In this document: piece after piece, positions 54,469-64,000 of the stretch
How the letters are laid out: each line of letters starts with the position of its first letter
Position numbering within the stretch: position 1 is the stretch's first letter
Assembly (NCBI GenBank): GCA_951406725.2
Contig: OX597816.1
Span: 149,358,001-149,422,000, forward strand
Direction of reading: 5' to 3'
DNA: 64,000 nucleotides
From: Octopus vulgaris
Taxonomy: Eukaryota
Made by a program: the position numbers and the translations under genes
Notes under the pieces: model-generated
Databases searched by the model: none
Seen by the model: the letters and a program-made list of their open reading frames with translations, nothing else
What the model was told of the DNA's origin: nothing

Positions 54469-55617
54469 GATACATTCACCACCACAACAACGGCTCTCAT
54501 CAAAACTTTCCCCTCACCACCACCACCACCACCATCACCATCACCATCACCATCACCAGAGAGAGATAGACAGATGAAAAGGTGGATCGTCCACAGTATT
54601 TGACTATTTTATTTCATCGACCTCAGAAAGCTGAACGGCAAAGATTTGAACTCAGAGCAGATTACCGGAACAGTTACTGCAAGGCATATATTACATGAAG
54701 CTTATACCCGACTGCTAATTCGCCGCCTATTACATTACTACTTGTTATCATCATTAGCACACGTAGCTTCACAGCTTCCCATTTTGTGGAGCCTAAACTG
54801 AATTCTTTTGAATTGTAACTAATCCCCCATGCAGAGGAATAGTTGAATAAAAGGAAAACAGGGGCAAAGTTAAGAAGAAACGGAATTTACAGAAGCTAGA
54901 AATAACTTCCTTTATCTCATATACCATCCAGAATACAAACTATTGGTTGCTTAATATATTCCTAGTGGGCTACAAAAAAGGCATGAACGTCATACATTCT
55001 CATTTCTTTACCTCACATAAGTCTGAAAACTTATGTTTATGTAACAAAGTAAGATATTTTTAATAGAACTAATTAAAACAGATTTCTTATACGTAATGTT
55101 TAGAATTGTGAAAACAAAATACATTATTATAGAATGAATTTAAACATGGAGTTGAAAATATAATCAGAGAAAGGAAAAGAAATGAAGTTTTATTTTTTTC
55201 TCTATTTATAACCAAATTATATCTGTTTATCCAATGTTTTCCATTAACTTTCGAAATAAGAAATTATCTTTAATTTATTTAGAAAAGTGAACAGTTGAGT
55301 TATGTGATTGCTGGAAGGAGATAAGCTATAGGTAATTATAATTTAGAAAAACTGTAAATTTGTAGAAATCACCACATACAACTTAATTCGAGCTGATGAG
55401 CGGAAAAGTTTTCTTTTAGGAGAATGTAAGGAATTTTTCTTTTCCCTTTCTTTTGGCTATTGATGTCCAAGACTACATAGGAGTAGGTAGGTGTGCCACC
55501 CGGAGCAGCGCTTCAGTTTGTCTTTCCCTCATCCACCAACCCCAAGCCTATCAGGGCTTATAAAACCGACTCAAAATTATCGAGCCCCATCCATAAAATT
55601 GTCGCCGGGGTTGACCG

Positions 55618-56039
55618 GGATCTTTTCGGTTTGAACGGCAGTTTTTTCTAGCGGTGTCATTTGAAATTGTCACCCATAATTATGACCCTAGTATCGATCT
55701 ATTGCATTTCAATCTGTTTTAGGATTAGGGTTAGTTAGGGTTAGGGGTAGGGGAAGGGTATCTTTTTTTCTTCACAAATGTAAATAAACCCAATCTGTTT
55801 CTTAAACGAGAGACATATTCATACGGCACAGAATGTTTTTTTTTACCTCAATGGACGTCATTGATTGGTTGAAATTGCAGAAAAAACAACAACAAATATC
55901 TTACAAACTATAGAATTTTCTCAATAAAGCCAAGAGAAAAAGATGTTTTAAAAAACACATTCTACCAGTATACGAAGTTTAAAATTTTTTAGTTACCTAG
56001 AAATTATGTTAAAAACTGCCGTTCAAACCGAAAAGATCT
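55618..56039. mobile_element. MITE of the GGATCTTTTC family with internal TTAGGG-like repeats
   Basis: TIR GGATCTTTTCGGTTTGAACGGCAGTTTTT / AAAAACTGCCGTTCAAACCGAAAAGATCT; TSD GTTGACCG / GTGGACCG. Confidence 0.9.
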
Positions 56040-57291
56040 GTGGACCGTACCCACCCACAGCTACCTTACTGTATGACCGTCGTGTCATATCTTTTCTTCT
56101 TCTTCAAGACTAACGTACATTATCCAATGTGTCATTTTTTTCACAGTTGTGACTGTTATTTCTAGCAGTTCGAGCGACTGCATACAAGCTTCATCGTTGC
56201 TCGTCTTGCATTTGGTAGAATGATTCAATGTTAAATATACATTTTTTTTACCTTTTCAAATTTAGTCCAAGACAACAGAGGCGTAACTAGAGGGTGTGCT
56301 ACCCGGAGTAGTGCTTCAGTTTGTCTTTCCTTCAACCACCAACCCCTATCAGGACTTATAAAACCGACTCAAAATTGTCGGCCCCCATCCCTAAAAGTAG
56401 AATGATTAAGTGTTAAACATACATTGTTTTTTATTTTTACCTTTTCAAATTCAGTACTTGATGCAAGTTGGCATTCTAAAACTGGTTGGTAGAGCTGTTA
56501 ACAGACGAAAATATTCCAGTTAAACTTGTTTAATTTAAAAGTTAAAGCGGCGAATTGGGAGAATAGTTAGATCGTTGCTATACTGCTGAGCGTTTCTTGT
56601 TCCGACTCTCTGTATTCTGAATTTTAATCTCACCGAGGTCAGCTTTGTTTTTCATCATTTGTTTTTGGCGGGGTGGGACAGAGGAGTGTTGCGACAGAGG
56701 AGTGTTGCGACCAAATCTTCTCGTTTTATCTCGCTCTCTTTCTCGATTATATTTGTAATTCAAATTTCCAGCCTTGTTACATTGTGTCGCTCTGATTCGG
56801 TCTGAGAATTTTGTCTGTGCAATATTTAATCGCTAACCTGTTGATTTCAAGAGTAGGATAATAAAAATCATGTTTTGTCGGTGTGAGAGACAACCAACTC
56901 TTTGCTGTTTATTAATGTTATTTAACCCTAGGTCAGTTTTTCCTGTAGGCCTGTAGTTAAAGACGTCCTTGACATTTTTCTTGTGTGTGTGCATATGTAT
57001 GTGCGTGTGGGTAAACTTCTCGTTTAGCGAATGTGCGTGTCGCGTCAGTTCAAAAGTGGGAATGCTTTGTTACTGTTTTTATGTGTGTGGGGCGTGTGTA
57101 TATGTGATTGTGGACATGTGTCCGTGCAGGAACCTCGAAATAGAGAATCAATGAAATGTTTTACAAATTTTCACTACACTTCCATTCATTTGTAGTTGGA
57201 GAATGCGAATCAATCTGCTCTGTTCGTTTTGAGAGAACACAAGCATTTCTAGGTCTTTTAATGCAGATCTGTTGTTACGTAACCCTGTGCA

Positions 57292-57345
57292 TCTATATAT
57301 GTATAAACGGCAAAATGTCTGTGTGCGTGTCCTTTATACAAATCC
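57292..57345 (+). mobile_element. Possible Helitron 5' terminus fragment
   Basis: A|TCTATATATGTATAAACGGCAAAATGTCTGTGTG resembles non-autonomous Helitron starts (recall only). Confidence 0.35.
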
Positions 57346-57369
57346 TGTTTTTATTGGAATGTTCCACCA

Positions 57370-57937
57370 GTTTTCTTTATTTTTAAATATGTGGATACTT
57401 TCCGATTCTGGTGTACCTTTCGTATGGCCGTCAGAACAAGCTTTCCGTGTATACATCGTAGACTGTTTTAACGACAATGGTATGTCCCATAGAACGATTA
57501 CTGTCCTGTGGACATTTTTGATACCATCTCATCATATGTGTGATGTCTTTCACTCTAGTATAGTACGGTCAACATTTCTATCACAACATGGAGATCTAGA
57601 AGCATCCTTATCTCTTTTGTTGAATAGGTATTTACTAATTATGTTGGTCAGCAAAGGTGTAACCTTCTAATGAGATGTGGTGTAGTTATCGCAAGTCCAG
57701 GAGAGACTTCTATTCCTGTTGATGTTGTTGGTATTCTCTAGCTTGCGAGGTATGTGCCTATACACAACTTTCTGTTGTTATGATGATAAGTATCTGTCCT
57801 CTAAGTTTCTGTTTTAAGCAGATCAGTCCAGCCACCCTTGGTTCACATGGAACAGTTGTACACTCAGAGCGTCTGTTCAGGAGTTCGCCAAATTCCATGC
57901 TATTTTGTCTTCGCTCTTGAATATATTTATATGTGTT

Positions 57938-57984
<47 letters not shown>

Positions 57985-58830
57985 TAAACGTCCGTTGTCC
58001 ATGCTGGCATGGCTTGGACGGTTTGATCAGGATTGGCAAGTTGGAAGGCTGCACCAGACTCCAGTCTGTTTTTGCATGGTTTCTACAGCCGGATGCCCTT
58101 CCTAACGTCAACCACTCCGAGAGTGTAATGGGTGCTTTTACATACCACCGGCACGGGTACCATTTGCGTGACACCAGTATCTGTCACAACTGCAGTTTTA
58201 TTTGGCTTGGTGAGTCGTCTTCTCAAGCACGGCATAATGCCAAATGGATTCGGTCCTTGTCTCCGTAGGCATACACACTATTCCATAGAATCTCTAGGAC
58301 TATTCAATGCTCATTTTATCCTGATAGATCGTAATTTGAGGGGGAATTTGTCTGCTATCGCTTGTAAGATGAGCAGCCACGTAGAGTGAGTTGCGTGCTC
58401 ATTTCTTTCTTTACTGTTTTGTAGGTATTGCGTTAGTGATATGATGCAGCACTCAAAGGCCATCTGGACTGATCTTCTGCCTCTACCTCCATCCCTCCGT
58501 TTAACATAGATCCTTTCAGTGTCGTAGATTATATGGAAGTTTCTAGTCATTGTTAGTATTTTCCTAGTCATGATCCCAAATGTTAGTACTAGTACTGGTA
58601 TTGTGAAAGCATTGTGAGATATAGTTTTATTGAACGCAGACAACTCTAACTGACATACCTTCCGATGTCTGCTGAAGTATTCTTCTGTCGTTATAGTTTT
58701 ACTCACAACACCAACATATGCAATATTCTAGTCGTTTTCGAGGTATTTGCAATATTCATCACTAGAGACAGGAACGACAGAGATATCATTGTTCCTTGCC
58801 TAATGTTTCGACAACCGTACTTACTAAGTT
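57370..58830 (-). mobile_element. R4/Dong-like LINE fragment interrupted by a repeat at 57925-58390
   Basis: NKTISHNAFTIPVLVLTFGIMTRKILTMTRNFH...ERIYVKRRDGGRG. Confidence 0.8.
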
Positions 58831-58838
58831 TGTATGTA

Positions 58839-58869
<31 letters not shown>

Positions 58870-59410
58870 ATTTGTATGTGTATGTGCGTGCTTTATGTAC
58901 ATGTGTTTGTATGTATTTATATGTTTTCATCATCATCATCATCGTCATCATTATCATCACTATTAACCGTCCGTTGTCCATGCTGGCATGGGTTGGACGG
59001 TTTGACCAGGGCTGGCATGCTGGAAGGCTGCACCAGATTCCAGTCTGTTTTGGCATGGTTCCTACGACTTGATGCCTTTCCTAACGCCCACCACGCCGAA
59101 AGTGGAATGGGTGTTTTCACATACCACCAGCACGGGTGCCACCTGTCACAACTGCAGTTTTACTTGGCTTGACGAATTTTCTCAAACACAGCATAATACC
59201 AAATCGACTCTGTCATTGCCTCTATGAGGCCTAGTGCTCAAAGCATAGCATAATGTCAAATGGTCTCGGTCCTTGTCTCCATGGGCATGCATACTATTCC
59301 ATAGATACTCTAGGACTTCATTATTCAATGCTCTTTTTATTCTGATAGGGCGTAACTTGAGGGGAAATTTGTCTGCTGTCACTTGTAAGTTGAGCAGCCA
59401 TGTAGAGTGA
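57925..59410. repeat. Two diverged direct copies (57925-58390, 58913-59410) of a (CAT)n-edged repeat plus shared flank
   Basis: Both begin ATTTATATG..TTTTCATCATC and end GAGCAGCCAYGTAGAGTGAG; core GGATGCCCTTCCTAA..CCAACCAC also at 3015-3040. Confidence 0.85.
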
Positions 59411-60789
59411 GGTGTAGTGAATGCCCTACATAAATTCTTAACATATTGAAAATTTCCTATGTTGTCAGACAGAAAACAAATACTTTACAGCAGTTGTAAG
59501 TGACTTGTACAAAAAAAAAAGTAAAAAAAAATAAAAACAGGAAACAATTCTGAATCAGATTTGCATGCTAAGGAAAGGAAAATCTGATGTTTGTTTGCTG
59601 GCAGAGGACAACCATAGAGATATGTTTCAGACTTTTTATTGACCTTATCAGCATTGTTCAAGTCCTGCCTTGCATGCTGATCAGTTTTTTACATTTTTTT
59701 TTTACATATGTAAAAAAAAGGTTGTGTACATTTTCAGCCAAATGTTAATTTACACAATTAACAATAAAAGAAAGTTAGAAACAAAAAACGAAACAAGACA
59801 AAACAAACAAAACAAAACAAAAAAAATTCAAAGAGGTCAATCGCCTGAGTTTTTAATGCTAGAAGTCAATTGTAAGTGAAAAACAAAGCTGCATTTGAAT
59901 GTTTTCATGCACTGTATGACAGTAAAGGACTGAAGATGCCACAACACAAGCAAACATGAGCGTGACAGAAAATGTAAATTACATTAATGTAAATGATGTT
60001 ATTTCAATTGAGTTTTGGTACAAATTTACTTTTGTAGCTCTCTCTCTCACATGCACGCACACACACACACTAAAAAGCAAACTGAAAACAAAGCCAAAAA
60101 ATATCTATCAACTTCAGAAAATAAGCATAAATACTATTTAAAAGCAATTACTGCCCTCAACCACTTGATTAGATTGACTGATATTCCAGTGTGAAAACAG
60201 ATGTCCAGGCTATATAATACTGGACATGCATCCTTCTAGCATGCTACTATATTGAAGACAGCTTAAATCAGATGCATCCTTGTGTGACTGGCTTTGATTT
60301 GTTGTGTAATTTTTTCAAGTAATTTTATTAAACTGGAGAGCCTCAACTGATTTTCTAAGGTATTCAGAAACAAATATTTTCAAAACTTTGAATTAAAAAC
60401 AGAAATTTGAAAGATGTAAGAACAAAATGTTAAAACTAGTTTCTTACATTAGAATATAAACTGAAATTTAAATGGTGATAATGGGAAAATAGTTAATTGA
60501 ATCAGCCTCAGTACATGATAAGTATTTATTTAATTAAAATCAATGAGACAAAAGGCAAAGTTTGCTCTGATATAAATTTAATTCAATGCATAAAGAGATG
60601 AAACTAAACACTGAGACAGTTTAATGCTCAGCAAGAGAACATGCTTAGAACTGTTTTCTTTTACATTAAGAAAAACTTATTTGGGTTGTTGCTGTATTAA
60701 TTTAAGCAAAGAGAATTTAGACATTCTCATTAGAAAAAAGTTTATATTAAGATTATAAGCAATTGCTAATTAGTAATTTTCGAAATTTA

Positions 60790-61010
60790 TTTCTTTATTG
60801 CCCACAGGAGGTTAAACATAGAGGGAACAAATAAAGGGATTAAGTTGATTACATCTATCCCAGTGCGTAACTAGTACTTATTTAATTGACCCCGAAAAGA
60901 TGAAAGGCGAAGTCAACCTTGATGGAATTTGAACTCTGAATGTAATGGCAGACGAAATACCACTAAGCATTTCACCCAGTGTGCTAATGATTCTGCCAGC
61001 TTGCTGCCTT
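60790..61010 (-). mobile_element. SINE family B, CpG-decayed copy
   Basis: Aligns to family B with many CG positions changed to TG/CA. Confidence 0.88.
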
Positions 61011-61619
61011 CCAATAATTTTAGAAATTAGTTTCAGCTATTAGGAGGTAATTAAAAGTTAATTTTAGCTGTCATGAAAATCCCTCCTATAGATTGTTAAT
61101 GGAGTTAAATTGCACATTAAATGTTACATATCAAGTGTAACTTGATTTCATTGGACATTGAGGCTTTTTCCAGATGATAATGATGATTCCCCCGCCTTAC
61201 TCCTCCTCCTTCCTCTTCATTTTTCTTCTTCTTCTTCTTCTTCTTCTTCTTCTTCTTTTTTCAATATAGTAAGTACTACTCTTGTACTTGGGATCATTGA
61301 AAAACCACTATACGCTAAGTCACCTACAATTGTAAATTCATTTGTAGACTCATTTTTTGTGGGCTAAGTATATCTTGGACATGGACTCATCATAGTGCTA
61401 GTAATAGAAGACAAACCACTGACCACTCAGATTACTCCCTTGTTAGCTTTGTTCTTCCACAGCTTCTGGTAGTGGCCACATCAAAGGCAGGCAAATTGAA
61501 CTTGATGGGAGCCTGACAATTGTTGTTTCTCTTTCAGTTCATTGTTCTGGAATATTAACTGATATATACTGCAGATACTTATGTATAAATGTGTTCATAT
61601 GTTGTCTTGGTTGAATGAG

Positions 61620-62100
61620 AGAGATAAGCACTTTTAGGATATTGTTCTTTAGAAGTTAAAATATGCCACATACAGTGTTGATATTTAGGGGCTGAAGTTT
61701 GAGGTTTTCCTGTGGTGCACTGCACATGTCAAGGTGGCCTTTAATATTTAATATGGGGTTTCTAAATGTGATCTATGAACAGGCTGTGAGATCATATAAT
61801 GTGCTGTTTTGTAGTTTATTATGGTTTATTGAGGAGAGATCGTGGGTCCAGTCAAGGTTGGCATACTCCATGATGGATCTAATTTATTGTTTGTATATCC
61901 TTGTTGTAGCTTCTTTCTGTTGACTAAATATGATGTCTGAGGTTGATCTTAGTATATTTGTGTGCCATTTTGCTTTCTTTGCTATGTCTTCTATGCATGC
62001 TCTGAATGTTATGGGGTGTTGTATTAACTTTAGTATTTTTGTCTCTGTATGTGTATGTGTGGAATGTATACAAATATGAGGATTGGCTGTCACAGGAGCT
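61620..62100 (-). mobile_element. I/Jockey-group LINE C-terminal fragment
   Basis: KEATTRIYKQ*IRSIMEYANLDWTHDLSSINHNKLQ resembles the LYKxxIRSxxxYAxxxW motif. Confidence 0.6.
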
Positions 62101-64000
62101 TCTACTCTCCCTATTATATAAAGCAGCTAAATCTCAGCCTCCTATCTAAAAAATGAGGGTGATGGCAATTGCTTGTAGTGATGATGAGGAAGGGGGTTGA
62201 GTAGTAGTAATGGTGTTGATGTGATGGTTGGATGTTCAGGTGGGTGTTATGGTTGGGTTGATAATGATGTCAGTATTGATAAAGTTGTGGTAGTGTTTGT
62301 GATATTTTTGGGGATAATTGTGTTGGTTGTTGTTTAGCCTAGATCAGCTCTGATCAAGATTTCTAAAGCATTTAGTCGAATCAATTGCTGCTACTGTTGT
62401 TGTCCAACCCCAGGCCAAACCTTATCCACCTGAACTATGATCAAAGACAGTCTTGCCGTAGCCTTTCTGCCTTTTTAGCATATTTAGGACTAAATCATCT
62501 AATCTGACCTTTCTTTATTTAAGACTGTAGGGTTAGATTTAAGGGAGATTTGGCTGCAATTTTTAACCACTGAGTGATCAAATAGAGGCTATTTTGTCAA
62601 ACAACTAGATGTGATCCACAGATCTGTTGTTAATCCATTATGTGATTCACAGTTTTAGCATCATCAGCTGGATCTACAGACCCAGATAATAAGAGTTAAG
62701 TTGATTAACATTGTAATTATTTAGTTCCAGGTCAGCACTGGAAACATTCCAACCATGACAACTAGCATTTTTGTTGTTGGGCATAGTGTATCTAGAACTA
62801 TTTAGAGTGTGAATTCAAAGAAAAATTTGGCTTCTGTTCCCAACAGATATAGTGATTCTAGAGATGCTCACTTGTCAGCTTGTTCAGTTTATAGTTATTG
62901 TGCTCAAGGTCAGATTTGATTGAGAAAACCTATGATCAAGGAAAGATACTCCAGTTGTGACCATCACATCTAGTATTCAGACAATATAACTAGGACTTTA
63001 TTATCTAATGTTTCTTTCCTTCCATCTATAAGGTAAAGAGATTTAGCTACTATCTCTAGTAGGTTGATTGACCACATCAGATGCCCTCTTGTTAGGATAA
63101 ATGTTCTGATTTGATATTGTTTTCTTCATGATCTTCGCATTGATATTTTGTGGCTTACTATCCAATGAATATGAATGTAAAATGTGTAGCTTTTATTTGA
63201 AAGTTTATTGAAGGAGATTTAGCTTTTATATAGAAAATATTAGTGATGATGGTAATGATGATGATGATGGTGATGACAATGATTTGTTGTTGTTGCTGTT
63301 GTTGTTTAATCCCAGATTGAGTGGACTTAAGATCAAAAGCATTCCAGTTACAACAAACCTGTGTTACAATATTATTTTTTGAGTAATGATAGTTGCTTTT
63401 GATAAAATTCTATGGAGAAGGCAACTAAAGACTCTACCCCAATGACCTGCCCAAAAATAGTGGGCAGCAAACATGGATGGCCATAGTGTATCTATTGTCT
63501 AAGATAGATATGTGTTATTTGAAGAAGATTTGCCTATGGTTCCTTGCAGGAATCACGTTGGCTTGTATTTTTGCTAATGAGTGTCAGATATGCTATTTCT
63601 AAAATTTCAGATTTAAAATAATATTCGGTTTCTATTTTAAAGACAGTTGAGAGATTCTTGGGGTAAATTTGAATACTATATAGAATCAGCGAAGAGTTTA
63701 TGAAGAAGTTCCCTTGTGAGCTTGTATGGACCCCCTTTTTAAAATTAACGAACATTTTACTTACTAAATTCACCTTGTTGAGCAATTGAATAGAAGCTCT
63801 CACATTGGGTCACGGTGAGTGACCGTGACTGTAGATGTATGTGATGATAAAGATGATGATAGCTCCAAAGTCCATTCACCCCTTCCTATGTTAAACTTGT
63901 TATCTATACATGCTGATGTTTACATCATATTGGTGTTGTTTCAGGAGTGGTCCTTTATCATTAATAAAATGCATGCATCTATGTCTCATTGTCACCGTTG

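Noticed and set aside
55393-55412. CTGATGAGCGGAAAAG; similar cores near 18762 and 40377
   Set aside because: No room for stem II, or no GAAA and stem I
55718-55752. TTAGGG repeats as an interstitial telomere
   Set aside because: Only a few degenerate units inside a MITE
63534-64000. 89-aa ORF and candidate small exons near the window end
   Set aside because: Several competing frames and splice sites, and no recognisable protein

Overview
AT-rich, microsatellite-dense eukaryotic DNA; its SINE families point to an octopus/cephalopod genome (inference from recall, no search run). No intact protein-coding gene is visible, and almost all ORF-track entries are microsatellite translations or transposon debris. 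The window holds tRNA-derived SINEs, decayed LINEs (CRE, HERO, RTE, R4/Dong, Tx1, I-like), Gypsy-type LTR remnants, a full-length mariner with a nested insertion, several hAT and mariner MITEs, and a three-member GGATCTTTTC-terminal family with 8-bp TSDs. The standout signal is about a dozen minimal type I hammerhead ribozyme motifs from several unrelated sequence families, concentrated at 29.5-50.7 kb. One lies downstream of a Penelope GIY-YIG remnant. Four elements are head-to-head fold-backs whose two 3' ends each run outward into a (TA)n tract. CpG drops sharply after about 59.4 kb, suggesting the edge of a methylated gene body.
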